Positions 11,507 through 21,284 of a stretch of 37,785 nucleotides of DNA are shown here, one piece after another. Where the stretch lies: assembly GCA_964470915.1 (NCBI GenBank), contig CAYYEM010000004.1, forward strand, positions 13,185 to 50,969, read 5' to 3'. A program made the position numbers and the translations under genes. How positions within the stretch are numbered: the first letter of the stretch is position 1; every line of letters begins with the position of its first letter. The notes beneath the pieces were generated by a model. That model was given only the letters and a program-made list of their open reading frames with translations. It made no database searches and was not told where the DNA came from. The stretch comes from an uncultured Pseudomonadota bacterium. Its GTDB lineage: Bacteria; UBA10199; JADFYH01.

Positions 11507-12124
11507 ATGGCTACACTCGATATTTACAATCAGGATGGGAAAAAGATTTCGCAAGTAGAAGTAGCGAAATCAATCGAAGGTCCTGTTAAAAAAGTGCTTT
11601 TATGGGAAGCTGTTAAAATGCAGCAAGCCAACAAACGAGCCGGCACTGCTGCAACAAAGACACGCAGTATGGTGAGAGGTTCTACCAAAAAGATTTATCG
11701 CCAAAAAGGAAGCGGAAATGCCCGACATGGTGATATTAAAGCTCCTATATTTGTTGGAGGCGGACAAGCTTTCGGACCCTTACCAAGAGATTATTCATAC
11801 TTAATGCCCAAAAAGGCTCGTTTGAATGCTTTGAAAAGCGCCTTATCTTTAAAGGTAAAAGAAGGAAAACTTAAAGTTGTAGATCAGGTGTCTTTTAAAG
11901 AAATTAAAACAAAAAGTGCAGCAAAGTTTTTCCAAAATTTGGGAACCGAAGATGCTTTGTTGGTGATTGGTAAAAAAGATTTAGTCGTTGAGAAATCTGT
12001 AAAGAATCTACCTCATTGTAAAGTCATTCGAGTGGAAGGTCTGAATGTTTACGATGTGTTGAGATATGATCATCTTGTATTAACAAAAGATTCTCTTGAT
12101 GTGATTTCTGGGAGGTTTCAATGA
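11507..12124 (+). CDS. rplD: 50S ribosomal protein L4
   Basis: 205 aa in the S10 operon position, with ...[20 protein letters not shown]... Confidence 0.97.
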   Translation: MATLDIYNQDGKKISQVEVAKSIEGPVKKVLLWEAVKMQQANKRAGTAATKTRSMVRGSTKKIYRQKGSGNARHGDIKAPIFVGGGQAFGPLPRDYSYLMPKKARLNALKSALSLKVKEGKLKVVDQVSFKEIKTKSAAKFFQNLGTEDALLVIGKKDLVVEKSVKNLPHCKVIRVEGLNVYDVLRYDHLVLTKDSLDVISGRFQ

Positions 12125-12408
12125 ATCAGCATGAAGTGATCAAACGCCCTTTAATTACAGAAAAGTCCAGTTTGCAAAAGGAGCTTTTTGATAAGTACGC
12201 ATTTGAAGTGGCTTTGAATGCAAATAAAAACCAGATTCGTGATGCAGTAGAGTCTCTTTTTAACGTTCATGTTACAGATATTAGAACGATTTGTATGCGA
12301 GGTAAGCATCGCCGTGTAGGAAAAAGTATGGGTAAAAGACCCAATTGGAAAAAGGCGATTGTGACTCTTAAAAAAGGCGAAAAGATTGAATTTGTAGAAG
12401 GAGTTTAG
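12121..12408 (+). CDS. rplW: 50S ribosomal protein L23
   Basis: 95 aa, ATGA overlap with rplD, ...[11 protein letters not shown]... Confidence 0.97.
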   Translation: MNQHEVIKRPLITEKSSLQKELFDKYAFEVALNANKNQIRDAVESLFNVHVTDIRTICMRGKHRRVGKSMGKRPNWKKAIVTLKKGEKIEFVEGV

Positions 12409-12436
12409 TCATTCAATGAATGTCTAATGAAAACAC

Positions 12437-13267
12437 ATGGGACTAAAAGAATACAATCCAATAACTCCCGGCCGTCGTGGAATGACTGTTTCCGATTTTG
12501 AGGGAGTATCAAAAAAGAAGCCCGAGAAGTCTTTATTGTCTTCCTTAATGAAAACGGGTGGACGTAATAACATGGGTCATATCACCACTCGACATATTGG
12601 TGGTGGGCATAAGAAAAAGTATCGTCTTATTGATTTTACTAGAGATAAAGTAAATGTTCCTGCAAAAGTAGTAGCTATTGAATACGATCCTAACCGCTCT
12701 GCTCGCATTGCTCTCTTAAATTATGTGGATGGCGAAAAAAGATATATGTTGGCTCCACGTAATTTGAAAGTGGGTGCTACAGTCGTTGCTTCTGAGCAAG
12801 CAGAAATACTTCCAGGAAATACTTTAAGTTTAAAAAACATCCCAGTGGGTACCAATATCTGTAACATTGAATTAAAGCCTGGAAAGGGCGGTCAAATTGC
12901 GAGAAGTGCAGGAGTTTATGCTCAGTTGATGGCTAAAGAAGGAAGCTATGCACTGGTAAAGCTCCCTTCAGGCGAAGTGAGAAAAGTTTTTATTGAGTGT
13001 AAAGCAACTATTGGTGAAGTGAGTAACCCTGATCATGAAAACGTTTCTATCGGTAAAGCAGGTAGAAAAAGATGGTTAGGAGTTCGTCCTACCGTTCGTG
13101 GTATTGCGATGAACCCAGTTGATCATCCACATGGAGGGGGCGAAGGAAAAAGTAAGGGTGGAAATCATCCTCAAAGCCCATGGGGTCAACCTGCTAAGGG
13201 TTATAAGACTCGTCAGAATAAACGAACTAACAAATTTATTGTGAAAGATAGAAGAGCAAAACTTTAA
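12437..13267 (+). CDS. rplB: 50S ribosomal protein L2
   Basis: 276 aa with ...[18 protein letters not shown]... Confidence 0.98.
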   Translation: MGLKEYNPITPGRRGMTVSDFEGVSKKKPEKSLLSSLMKTGGRNNMGHITTRHIGGGHKKKYRLIDFTRDKVNVPAKVVAIEYDPNRSARIALLNYVDGEKRYMLAPRNLKVGATVVASEQAEILPGNTLSLKNIPVGTNICNIELKPGKGGQIARSAGVYAQLMAKEGSYALVKLPSGEVRKVFIECKATIGEVSNPDHENVSIGKAGRKRWLGVRPTVRGIAMNPVDHPHGGGEGKSKGGNHPQSPWGQPAKGYKTRQNKRTNKFIVKDRRAKL

Positions 13268-13270
13268 AAA

Positions 13271-13337
13271 CAGTGGCTAGTTGCCAGTGGCAAGTTGTTA
13301 GTCAGAAGCTGACAACCGACCACTGATAACTGATAAG
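13271..13337 (+). repeat. Heptad-arm intercistronic hairpin element, copy 2 (rplB-rpsS spacer)
   Basis: The 5' arm is a 14-nt tandem, CAGTGGCTAGTTGC CAGTGGCAAGTTGT. The apex is GTCAG-AAG-CTGAC. The 3' arm is four heptads, CTGACAA CCGACCA CTGATAA CTGATAA. CAGTGG (13285-13290) pairs with CCACTG (13320-13325). Confidence 0.65.
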
Positions 13338-13343
13338 TAAAAT

Positions 13344-13643
13344 ATGGCAAGATCATTAAAAAAAGGACCATTCGTAGATGAGCACCTTGTAAAAAAAGTA
13401 ACTCAAATGCGTGAGTCCAACAGCAAAAAAGTGGTGAAGACCTGGTCAAGACGTTCAACTATAACTCCTGATTTTGTTGGTTTTACCTTTGCTGTTCATA
13501 ACGGCAAAAAATTTATTCCAGTATTTGTTACTGAAAACATGGTGGGTCACAAGTTGGGTGAGTTTTCTCCAACAAGAACTTTCTCCATGCATTCAGGTGA
13601 TAGAAAAGTGAAATCAGAAGCCCCGGCTTCTGCAGCAAAATAA
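13344..13643 (+). CDS. rpsS: 30S ribosomal protein S19
   Basis: 99 aa, [12 protein letters not shown]...HNGKKFIPV... Confidence 0.98.
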   Translation: MARSLKKGPFVDEHLVKKVTQMRESNSKKVVKTWSRRSTITPDFVGFTFAVHNGKKFIPVFVTENMVGHKLGEFSPTRTFSMHSGDRKVKSEAPASAAK

Positions 13644-13650
13644 AAAGCGC

Positions 13651-13723
13651 TTAGTTGCTAGTGTTTAGCTGTTAGTAAAATTAAATTTATTTACTGACAA
13701 CTGACAACTGACAACTGACAACT
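13651..13723 (+). repeat. Heptad-arm intercistronic hairpin element, copy 3 (rpsS-rplV spacer) with perfect (ACTGACA)x4.4 tandem
   Basis: The 3' arm at 13693-13723 is ACTGACA repeated exactly 4 times plus ACT. The 5' arm at 13651-13677, TTAGTTGCTAGTGTTTAGCTGTTAGTA, is its degenerate G.U-tolerant complement. The loop is AT-rich. Confidence 0.75.
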
Positions 13724-13728
13724 TAATT

Positions 13729-14067
13729 ATGGTTTCTGAAGTCAAAGCAAAAATTAGTTATCTCAGAGTCGCACCACGTAAAGTACGTTTGGTTTGTGAT
13801 TTGGTGAGAGGTAAAAAAGTTCAGGAAGCTTTAGATATTCTTCGTTTTACAAAACGAGGATGTTCTTTGGATCTTTTAAAATTAATTCAATCTGCTATAG
13901 CGAACGCCAATGTAAAAGGTGGTTTTGATGTCGATAATTTGGTGGTACATCGCTTAACAGTTGATCAAGGTCCTACCTTAAAGCGTTGGCTTCCTAGAGC
14001 TCGAGGAATGGCAACTCCTATTAACAAAAAAACAAGTCATGTAACGGTGACTTTGGTGGAGAAGTAA
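13729..14067 (+). CDS. rplV: 50S ribosomal protein L22
   Basis: 112 aa with ...[19 protein letters not shown]... Confidence 0.97.
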   Translation: MVSEVKAKISYLRVAPRKVRLVCDLVRGKKVQEALDILRFTKRGCSLDLLKLIQSAIANANVKGGFDVDNLVVHRLTVDQGPTLKRWLPRARGMATPINKKTSHVTVTLVEK

Positions 14068-14068
14068 G

Positions 14069-14710
14069 ATGGGTCAGAAAGTTCATCCATACGGATTTAG
14101 AGTAGGGATTACAAAACCTTGGTTTTCAAAATGGTATAATCAAAAAAATTATGCCGATCTTCTTCATGAAGATGTGAAGTTCCGTAAGATTGTTAAAGAA
14201 AGACTGTATAGCACAGGTGTAGCGCGTATTGAAATTGAACGTGCAGCCAATAAAGTGAAAATTATTATTCATACAGCTCGTCCCGGTCTTGTGATCGGTA
14301 AAAAAGGCGCTGGAATTGATTCTTTAAGATTAGAGCTGCAAAAGCTTACTAAGAATGAGGTTTTTCTAGATATTCAAGAAGTTCGTAAGGCAGAAATAGA
14401 CGCACAGTTGGTAGCTGAAAATGTGGCTTTGCAATTAGAAAGACGAGTAGCTTTCAGACGAGCCATGAAAAAGGCAGTTCAATCTTGCCTTAAAATGGGT
14501 GCTCTCGGAATTAAAATTCAGGTAGCTGGTCGTTTGGGTGGATCTGAAATTGCTAGAACAGAATGGTATAGAGAAGGTCGAGTGCCTCTTCACACCCTTC
14601 GTGCAGACATTGATTTTGGTTTTGCAGAAGCTAAAACCACTTATGGACAAATTGGTGTGAAGGTTTGGATTTGTAAGGGTGAAATTTTAGTTAATAAAGC
14701 AGTGGCGTAA
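14069..14710 (+). CDS. rpsC: 30S ribosomal protein S3
   Basis: 213 aa, [14 protein letters not shown]..., with KH domain ...GKKGAGID... Confidence 0.98.
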   Translation: MGQKVHPYGFRVGITKPWFSKWYNQKNYADLLHEDVKFRKIVKERLYSTGVARIEIERAANKVKIIIHTARPGLVIGKKGAGIDSLRLELQKLTKNEVFLDIQEVRKAEIDAQLVAENVALQLERRVAFRRAMKKAVQSCLKMGALGIKIQVAGRLGGSEIARTEWYREGRVPLHTLRADIDFGFAEAKTTYGQIGVKVWICKGEILVNKAVA

Positions 14711-14721
14711 AGGATTTTATT

Positions 14722-15144
14722 ATGTTGATGCCAGCAAAAGTTAAATATCGCAAACAGCAAAAAGGCCGAATGAGAGGAAAAGCTTACCGAGGTTGCAATC
14801 TCAACTTTGGTGACTTTGCTCTTCAATCAGTTGAATGTGGACGCATCACAGCCCGTCAGATTGAAGCGGCTCGTATTGCAGTAACTCGTTTTGTAAAACG
14901 AGGTGGTAAAGTTTGGATAAGAATTTTTCCAGATAAACCTGTCACTAAAAAGCCTGCAGAAACTCGCATGGGTAAAGGAAAAGGAAATCCAGAAGAATGG
15001 GTAGCGGTGATTAAGCCTGGCCGTATTCTTTATGAAATGGAAGGTGTGAGCGAGGCAGATGCGAAAGAAGCATTAACGCTTGCAGCACATAAATTACCTT
15101 TGAGAACAAAGTTTGTAACTCGGGAGGGATACCGTGACGCTTGA
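14722..15144 (+). CDS. rplP: 50S ribosomal protein L16
   Basis: 140 aa, [16 protein letters not shown]... Confidence 0.98.
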   Translation: MLMPAKVKYRKQQKGRMRGKAYRGCNLNFGDFALQSVECGRITARQIEAARIAVTRFVKRGGKVWIRIFPDKPVTKKPAETRMGKGKGNPEEWVAVIKPGRILYEMEGVSEADAKEALTLAAHKLPLRTKFVTREGYRDA

Positions 15145-15328
15145 TGAATTAAAAACAAAAACTCCTTCGGATCTCAAAATTCATGAGAATGAGTTACGAA
15201 CAGAGTTGTTTAAATTAAAATTAAAACAAGGTGTAGGACAACTTGAAAAGAATCATCTTGTGAAACAAGCTCGTAGGAATATTGCTCGTACCTTGACGAT
15301 CTTGAATCAGAAATCAAAGAAGGGATGA
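15134..15328 (+). CDS. rpmC: 50S ribosomal protein L29
   Basis: 64 aa, GTG start overlapping the rplP end by 11 nt. No in-frame ATG alternative. L29-like helical sequence. Confidence 0.93.
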   Translation: MTLDELKTKTPSDLKIHENELRTELFKLKLKQGVGQLEKNHLVKQARRNIARTLTILNQKSKKG

Positions 15329-15332
15329 TGAA

Positions 15333-15593
15333 ATGAGTCAGCTTAGGCAGAAAAAAACACAAATTGGTTTAGTGGTGTCTGACAAAATGAGCAAAACTCG
15401 TGTGGTTTCTGTAGCTCGTTTGGTGTGTCATCCTGTATTTAAAAAGTATCATAAGAAAAATTCAAAATTTCATGTTCATGATGAAAAGAATCTTTCTCAA
15501 GTAGGTGATCGTGTAGAAATTGTGGAATCCAAACCCATTTCAAAAACAAAAAGATGGGTGATCCGAAAAGTTTTACAGAAAGCTGTAGCTTAA
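15333..15593 (+). CDS. rpsQ: 30S ribosomal protein S17
   Basis: 86 aa with ...GLVVSDKMSKTRVV...HDEKN...GD.V.I.E.KPISK.K.W. Confidence 0.97.
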   Translation: MSQLRQKKTQIGLVVSDKMSKTRVVSVARLVCHPVFKKYHKKNSKFHVHDEKNLSQVGDRVEIVESKPISKTKRWVIRKVLQKAVA

Positions 15594-15666
15594 ATAAGTG
15601 CAAGACGCATGAAGGCGTATCTTGTGTGATTTAGGAAGGTATATCTTTAATTTTTAGGTAGATGAT

Positions 15667-16035
15667 ATGATTCAAATGAATTCAGTTTTAAATTCTGCAG
15701 ATAACACAGGAGCTAAAAAGCTCATGTGTATTAAAGTGTTGGGTGGATCTAAACGGCGTTATGCAAGTGTGGGTGATATTATTGTGGTCTCCGTTAAAGA
15801 AGCCATTCCAGAAGGAAAAGTGAAAAAAGGTGAAGTGAAAAAAGGTGTGATTGTGAGAACTCGTAAGGAGATTAGACGCCCTGATGGTTCTTATATCCGC
15901 TTTGATGAAAACTCGATTGTATTGATAGAAGCAACAGGGGAGCCCATTGGAACTCGTATTTTTGGTCCAGTGGCTCGTGAGTTGCGTGCCAGGAAGTTTA
16001 TGAAAATAATTTCTTTGGCTCCTGAGGTGCTGTGA
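15667..16035 (+). CDS. rplN: 50S ribosomal protein L14
   Basis: 122 aa, [18 protein letters not shown]... Confidence 0.98.
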   Translation: MIQMNSVLNSADNTGAKKLMCIKVLGGSKRRYASVGDIIVVSVKEAIPEGKVKKGEVKKGVIVRTRKEIRRPDGSYIRFDENSIVLIEATGEPIGTRIFGPVARELRARKFMKIISLAPEVL

Positions 16036-16367
16036 TGAATCAATTGAATAGCTATATAAAAAAGAATGATATGGTTACGGTGATTGCTGGAAAAGAGAAG
16101 GGTAAAAGCGGCAAGGTTTTAAAAGTATTGCCTAAGACTTCTCGTGTATTGGTGGAAAAACTCAATCGAGTAAAGCGTCATCAAAAACCAACACAAACTA
16201 ACCCTCAGGGTGGTGTGATTGAAAAGGAATTAGGCATTCATTGTTCTAATGTGATGTTGCTTTGTCAGAAATGCAACAAGCCAGTGAGAGTTTCTCATAA
16301 AACAGTGAAGGATAAAAAAGTGAGAGTGTGTCGTAAGTGTGGAGAGGCAATTGATAAAGCCGCGTAA
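16035..16367 (+). CDS. rplX: 50S ribosomal protein L24 (Zn-ribbon form)
   Basis: ATG at 16035 sits 5 nt after GAGGTG. GTG at 16032 is an alternative start. KOW motif ...[10 protein letters not shown]... and C-terminal CQKC...CRKC. Confidence 0.95.
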   Translation: MNQLNSYIKKNDMVTVIAGKEKGKSGKVLKVLPKTSRVLVEKLNRVKRHQKPTQTNPQGGVIEKELGIHCSNVMLLCQKCNKPVRVSHKTVKDKKVRVCRKCGEAIDKAA

Positions 16368-16396
16368 TTTTTGATCGCGGGAAACGGTGAATTTTT

Positions 16397-16942
16397 ATGG
16401 CAACAAGTATTTTAGAAGAAAATTATAAAAAAAGTGTTGTGCCACAATTGATGAAAGATTTTGGGTATAAAAATATTATGCAAGTGCCCAAAATTACAAA
16501 AGTGGTGTTAAACACTTCTATTTCAGAGGCAGTTCAAAATGTGAAAGCTTTGGATGCAGCTGCTAATGAGTTAATGGCAATTACAGGACAAAAGCCTGTT
16601 ATCCGTAAAGCTAGAAAATCGATTGCGAATTTTAAATTAAGACAAGGGCAGCCTATCGCGGCCTCTGTGACTCTACGTAAAAAATCGATGTATGAGTTTT
16701 TAACCCGCTTGATTAATATTGCATTTCCACGGGTGAGAGATTTTAAAGGTATTTCATCAAAATCTTTTGATGGTCGTGGAAATTATACTTTTGGGGTTAC
16801 AGAGCAAATTATTTTTCCAGAAATCAATTATGACAAAGTAGATAAAATTCGTGGGATGAATATTACAATTTGTACCACAGCTCCAAATGATGAAGAGGCA
16901 AGAGCACTTTTAAAACATTTGGGGATTCCATTTAGGAGCTAG
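16397..16942 (+). CDS. rplE: 50S ribosomal protein L5
   Basis: 181 aa in the spc operon position, with ...[19 protein letters not shown]... Confidence 0.98.
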   Translation: MATSILEENYKKSVVPQLMKDFGYKNIMQVPKITKVVLNTSISEAVQNVKALDAAANELMAITGQKPVIRKARKSIANFKLRQGQPIAASVTLRKKSMYEFLTRLINIAFPRVRDFKGISSKSFDGRGNYTFGVTEQIIFPEINYDKVDKIRGMNITICTTAPNDEEARALLKHLGIPFRS

Positions 16943-16955
16943 TTTAGGACTTTTT

Positions 16956-17141
16956 ATGGCAAAGTTATCACTGATTGCAAAAGCAAAACGAAAACCAAAG
17001 TTCTCATCACGGGCTTATAATCGTTGTCCTCTGTGTGGACGACCAAGAGCTTATATTCGAAAATTTAAAATGTGTCGTTTATGTTTTAGGAATTTAGCCA
17101 GACGGGGTGAGATTCCTGGAGTACTGAAGGCAAGTTGGTAG
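16956..17141 (+). CDS. rpsN: 30S ribosomal protein S14, type Z (61 aa, Zn-binding)
   Basis: [22 protein letters not shown] motif and short form. Confidence 0.97.
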   Translation: MAKLSLIAKAKRKPKFSSRAYNRCPLCGRPRAYIRKFKMCRLCFRNLARRGEIPGVLKASW

Positions 17142-17177
17142 AAAAGTTTTTTTAATGAGCGAATTGAGAGAAGATTT

Positions 17178-17573
17178 ATGATGACAGATCCAATTTCAGA
17201 TATGTTGACAAGAATAAGAAACGGAATTCACGCTCGTAAAGAGGTCGTGGAAGTTCCTTTTTCTAAAATCAAATTAGCTGTGCTTAAGATTTTAGAAGAA
17301 GAAGGCTATGTCCGTTCTGTTAATCCTGTATCACAGGGGCCCAGTAGTAAAATATTGGTGACTCTACGTTACACTTCCGATCGTGAACCTGTGATTAGTA
17401 ACTTAGATCGTGTCTCTAAGCCAGGTCGAAGAATCTATATGGGCTATCGTGAGGTAAAACCCGTATTGAGTGGTCTGGGGATTCTGGTACTTTCAACTTC
17501 AAAGGGTTTAATGTCTGATAAAAAAGCAAAGGAACACAAGATCGGTGGAGAAGTCCTTTGCAGTGTATGGTGA
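17178..17573 (+). CDS. rpsH: 30S ribosomal protein S8
   Basis: 131 aa, MMTDPISDMLTRIRN... ATG at 17181 is also possible. Confidence 0.97.
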   Translation: MMTDPISDMLTRIRNGIHARKEVVEVPFSKIKLAVLKILEEEGYVRSVNPVSQGPSSKILVTLRYTSDREPVISNLDRVSKPGRRIYMGYREVKPVLSGLGILVLSTSKGLMSDKKAKEHKIGGEVLCSVW

Positions 17574-17579
17574 TGAATT

Positions 17580-18140
17580 ATGTCTAGAACAGGAAAAAAA
17601 ACTATTGCGATTCCCGAAAAGGTTAAAGCTTCCATTCAAGGTGGGCAAGTACATGTGGAAGGCCCTCAGGGAAAATTATTTCTCAACTTACCAAAAGGGG
17701 TCACTGTTTTGGTAGAGGGAAATCAAATGAATGTAAATCGCGAGAATGATGAAAGAGTTGCAAAAGCCAACCATGGTCTTGCAAGAGCTCTAATTGCCAA
17801 TATGGTTAAAGGAGTATCTGAAGGATTTAAGCGCGAACTAGATATTAACGGAGTAGGATATCGAGCAGAAGTAAAAGGGAATCAGCTGCAACTTACTTTG
17901 GGTTATTCTCATCCAGTTCTTTACCCTATTCCTGCTGGAATTAAAGTAACCGTGGAGAAGCAAACTCACATTAGCTTAGTAGGAGCGGATAAACAATTGG
18001 TGGGACAAGTTGCTTCTGAAATTCGAAGTGCAAAGAAACCCGAACCTTATAAAGGGAAGGGTGTAAAATATACTGAAGAAACTATTCGTCGCAAGGCTGG
18101 TAAGTCAGCTACCGGTTCTGGTGCGGGCAAAGGGAAGTAA
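17580..18140 (+). CDS. rplF: 50S ribosomal protein L6
   Basis: 186 aa, [15 protein letters not shown]... Confidence 0.97.
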   Translation: MSRTGKKTIAIPEKVKASIQGGQVHVEGPQGKLFLNLPKGVTVLVEGNQMNVNRENDERVAKANHGLARALIANMVKGVSEGFKRELDINGVGYRAEVKGNQLQLTLGYSHPVLYPIPAGIKVTVEKQTHISLVGADKQLVGQVASEIRSAKKPEPYKGKGVKYTEETIRRKAGKSATGSGAGKGK

Positions 18141-18142
18141 TT

Positions 18143-18496
18143 ATGGCATTTGTTAAAGAAGAAGGAAGAGTCAAAAGACATCGTCGAGTTCGTTTTAAAA
18201 TTTCAGGAACTTCGGATCGCCCTCGTTTGAGTGTGCGAAGAAGCTTGAAGCATATTCATGCTCAGTTGGTGGATGATTTGAATGGCAAAACATTAGTTGC
18301 AGCTTCCACACTTTCTTCAGAGTTGAAGGGTGCTAAAGCAAATAAAGAAGGCGCCAAAAAATTAGGGGAAGTATTGGGTGAAAAAGCACTCAAGCAAGGA
18401 ATTAAAAAAATTGTCTTTGATCGAAGTGGTTATCAATATCATGGCAGAATTCAAGTATTAGCAGAAGCTTTGCGAGAAAAGGGACTTAATTTCTAA
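18143..18496 (+). CDS. rplR: 50S ribosomal protein L18
   Basis: 117 aa with ...[17 protein letters not shown].. Confidence 0.97.
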   Translation: MAFVKEEGRVKRHRRVRFKISGTSDRPRLSVRRSLKHIHAQLVDDLNGKTLVAASTLSSELKGAKANKEGAKKLGEVLGEKALKQGIKKIVFDRSGYQYHGRIQVLAEALREKGLNF

Positions 18497-18562
18497 AAGT
18501 TTTATCCCACCATGCTTCTTCTCTAAATCAAGAGAAGACTGGATGAGGATACAGGATTTAAT

Positions 18563-19048
18563 ATGAAACAAAAGATCAATGCATCGGAATTGGAATTAAA
18601 TGAACGCGTTATTCATATCAACCGAGTTGCCAAAGTTGTAAAAGGTGGACGTCGTTTTAGCTTTAGCGCCTTGGTAGTTGTAGGAGATGGTCGCGGTCAT
18701 GTAGGGGTTGGGATTGGTAAAGCCAAAGAAGTTCCTGAAGCAATTCGTAAGGCAACTGAGCAAGCTCGTCGTCGTTTGATGAAAGTTCCCTTGAAAGGTA
18801 CTACAGTCCCTCATGAGTTTATTGGAAGATTTGGAGCGGCTCGTGTTCTGCTGAAGCCCGCCTCTCCAGGTACTGGAGTGATTGCCGGTGGAGCTGTGAG
18901 AGCTGTAGTTGAAGCTGCAGGCATTCATGACATTCTTACAAAATGTATTGGAACCGATAATCCTCATAATGTGGTGAAAGCTACTTTGAATGGTTTAGGT
19001 TCGATGAAATCACCCGAAGTTTACATCGCCATGAAAAAGGCGAGTTAA
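18563..19048 (+). CDS. rpsE: 30S ribosomal protein S5
   Basis: 161 aa with ...[38 protein letters not shown]. Confidence 0.98.
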   Translation: MKQKINASELELNERVIHINRVAKVVKGGRRFSFSALVVVGDGRGHVGVGIGKAKEVPEAIRKATEQARRRLMKVPLKGTTVPHEFIGRFGAARVLLKPASPGTGVIAGGAVRAVVEAAGIHDILTKCIGTDNPHNVVKATLNGLGSMKSPEVYIAMKKAS

Positions 19049-19051
19049 TGG

Positions 19052-19462
19052 ATGGAATATATGGCATCTACGATTAAAGTTATTTTAGAAACAGGTGTGA
19101 TCGCAAGCACCGAAAAACAAAAAAGAACGGTGTTAGGCCTTGGCCTGAAATATCGTAATGCAGTGAATACCTTAAAAGATACTCCTGCAATTCGTGGTAT
19201 GGTGAACAAGGTTTCGCATTTAGTAAAAATATTAGATAAAGATTTTTCACAAAATCCATGGGAAAATTTGCCTCCCTCTTATGAACTAGGGGCAGTAAAG
19301 GCAAAGGTGGATTCTGGAAAAAAGAAGTCTTCTAAAAAGCTTTCATCTGCACTTGAAGTGGCTGGTGAAGCTAAAACATCTTCAGCGAAAGCCACTAAAG
19401 TAAAATCTCCGGCTTCTGCTAAGAAAACAAAAGTTTCTACAAAGAAGGTTAAAGGAAAATGA
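19052..19462 (+). CDS. rpmD: 50S ribosomal protein L30 with about 75-aa Lys/Ala/Ser-rich C-terminal extension
   Basis: L30 core is MASTIKV...LGLGLKYRNAVNTLKDTPAIRGMVNKVSHLVKI. ATG at 19061 is a likely alternative start. The ORF stays open to an ATGA overlap with rplO. Confidence 0.9.
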   Translation: MEYMASTIKVILETGVIASTEKQKRTVLGLGLKYRNAVNTLKDTPAIRGMVNKVSHLVKILDKDFSQNPWENLPPSYELGAVKAKVDSGKKKSSKKLSSALEVAGEAKTSSAKATKVKSPASAKKTKVSTKKVKGK

Positions 19463-19932
19463 GTAAGTTTTTATCTCAACTTGAAAGCCCTCGTGGGGCC
19501 AATAAAAGAAAAAAACGCTTAGGCCGTGGTGATGCAAGCGGACATGGCGGAACTTCAACAAAAGGTCATAAAGGTCAGCGTGCACGATCTGGTGGGTATC
19601 ATAAAGTAGGTTTCGAGGGAGGTCAGATGCCTCTCATACGCCGTGTTCCTAAGAGAGGTTTTACCAATATTTTTCATCAGGAATTTTCTGTGATTAATGT
19701 GGGTGATTTGTCACGCTTTACATCAGGTGCTTTGGTAGATCCAAGTGCTTTGTATGAAACAGGATTTTTGAGCCGCAAAAGAGATCAAGTAAAAGTATTG
19801 GGTGATGGAGATATTACAGTTGCTTTAACAGTTCGAGCCCATGCTTTTTCAAAAGCCGCGATTGAGAAGATTGAAAAAGCGGGTGGAAAAATAGAACGTA
19901 TTGAATCTAAAGCGGCACAAGCTGCTGAGTAA
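19459..19932 (+). CDS. rplO: 50S ribosomal protein L15
   Basis: 157 aa with ...GRGDASGHGGTSTKGHKGQ.ARSG... Confidence 0.97.
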   Translation: MSKFLSQLESPRGANKRKKRLGRGDASGHGGTSTKGHKGQRARSGGYHKVGFEGGQMPLIRRVPKRGFTNIFHQEFSVINVGDLSRFTSGALVDPSALYETGFLSRKRDQVKVLGDGDITVALTVRAHAFSKAAIEKIEKAGGKIERIESKAAQAAE

Positions 19933-19979
19933 AAGTTTTTTTATATTGCTGTGAATTCTTAATGTGAAGGTTGATTTGA

Positions 19980-21284
19980 GTGTCCAATAGTATTGCAAAC
20001 ATTGCAAGAATACCTGAGCTTAGAAAACGACTAGTTTTTACAGCCTTAATGCTTGCGATTTATCGCTTGGGAGTTTTTGTACCTACTCCTGGAATCAACA
20101 CTGATGCTTTAAAGCGTGTGATTTCTCAGGGAACGGTCTTTGAAATTTTTAATCTGTTTTCAGGCGGAGCTTTAGAACAGTTTTCTGTGTTTGCTTTAGG
20201 AATCATGCCTTATATCAGCGCCTCTATTATTTTACAGCTTTTGACTGTAGTAGTTCCTGCAATTGAAAAGCTTTCAAAAGAAGGAGAGTCTGGTAGAAAA
20301 AAAATTACTCAGTATACCCGATACGGAACTATTGTTCTGTCTGTGGTTCAGGGATTTGGAATAAGTTATGGTCTTGAACAACAAGGAGTTCTCTTGCCAG
20401 GTGTAGGAGGATGGGGTTTTTATCTGACTACTATTTTTACCCTTGCTGCAGGTACTAGTTTTATTATGTGGTTGGGAGAGCAAATTTCAGAACGAGGCGT
20501 TGGAAATGGAATTTCCCTCATCATTTTTGCTGGAATTGTTACCCGTATTCCAGGAGCTTTCCGAGATGCTTGGAATACAAAACAACAATTTGGTGATTTG
20601 ATTGGTTTTATTGTTTTGCTTGCTTTTGTAGCCGCTATCATTGCTGCCATTATTTTTTGCGAGCGTGGGCAACGCAGAATCCCCATACAATATGCTAAAA
20701 GAGTAGTAGGTCGTAAATTATATGGAGGACAATCGAGTCATCTTCCATTAAAAATTAATTCTGCAGGAGTTATACCTCCCATTTTTGCATCTTCTATTCT
20801 CTTGTTTCCGGCTACGATTGCTCAATTTGTCCAGAATCCTAAAATTCAAGCTTTAGCATCAAATCTGACCACTGGGTGGATGCACACTTTTCTTTATGTC
20901 GCTTTGATTGTTTTCTTTTGTTATTTTTATACCGCGGTTAGTTTTAATCCCGTCGACGTTGCTGAAAATATTCGTAAGTATGGTGGTTTTATTCCAGGGA
21001 TTCGTCCAGGCAAGTCTACTTCAGATTTTATTGATCGGATTTTAACAAGAATTACATTAGGCGGAGCAATTTATATTTCTATAATTTGTATTTTGCCAGA
21101 GATTTTGATTACACGTTTTGGAATTCCAGGTACCTTAGCTGCTGTTTTTGGGGGGACTTCTCTTTTGATTGTAGTGGGTGTGGCGATGGATACTGTAGCT
21201 CAAATTGAATCCTACTTATTGACGCGTCATTATGATGGATTCTTGGGACAAAAGGCTGGAAAGTTTAAGGGGAGGAGAAGGTAG
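19980..21284 (+). CDS. secY: Preprotein translocase subunit SecY
   Basis: 434 aa, polytopic. GTG start, with an in-frame TGA immediately upstream. Canonical position after rplO. Confidence 0.96.
   Translation: MSNSIANIARIPELRKRLVFTALMLAIYRLGVFVPTPGINTDALKRVISQGTVFEIFNLFSGGALEQFSVFALGIMPYISASIILQLLTVVVPAIEKLSKEGESGRKKITQYTRYGTIVLSVVQGFGISYGLEQQGVLLPGVGGWGFYLTTIFTLAAGTSFIMWLGEQISERGVGNGISLIIFAGIVTRIPGAFRDAWNTKQQFGDLIGFIVLLAFVAAIIAAIIFCERGQRRIPIQYAKRVVGRKLYGGQSSHLPLKINSAGVIPPIFASSILLFPATIAQFVQNPKIQALASNLTTGWMHTFLYVALIVFFCYFYTAVSFNPVDVAENIRKYGGFIPGIRPGKSTSDFIDRILTRITLGGAIYISIICILPEILITRFGIPGTLAAVFGGTSLLIVVGVAMDTVAQIESYLLTRHYDGFLGQKAGKFKGRRR

Noticed and set aside
13693-13723. (ACTGACA)x4 tandem considered as a CRISPR-like array or a phase-variation microsatellite.
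   Set aside because: There are no spacers and the unit is only 7 nt. It is one arm of a hairpin in an essential r-protein operon, where on/off switching is implausible. It is treated instead as part of the heptad-arm element family.
15601-15624. Hairpin CAAGACGC-ATGAAG-GCGTATCTTG in the rpsQ-rplN spacer, and TCTTCTCT-AAATCA-AGAGAAGA in the rplR-rpsE spacer (about 18517-18538), considered as members of the repeat families.
   Set aside because: They share neither the TAGGGRC foot nor the heptad arms. They are probably ordinary operon-internal structures, and the evidence is too thin to call a function.
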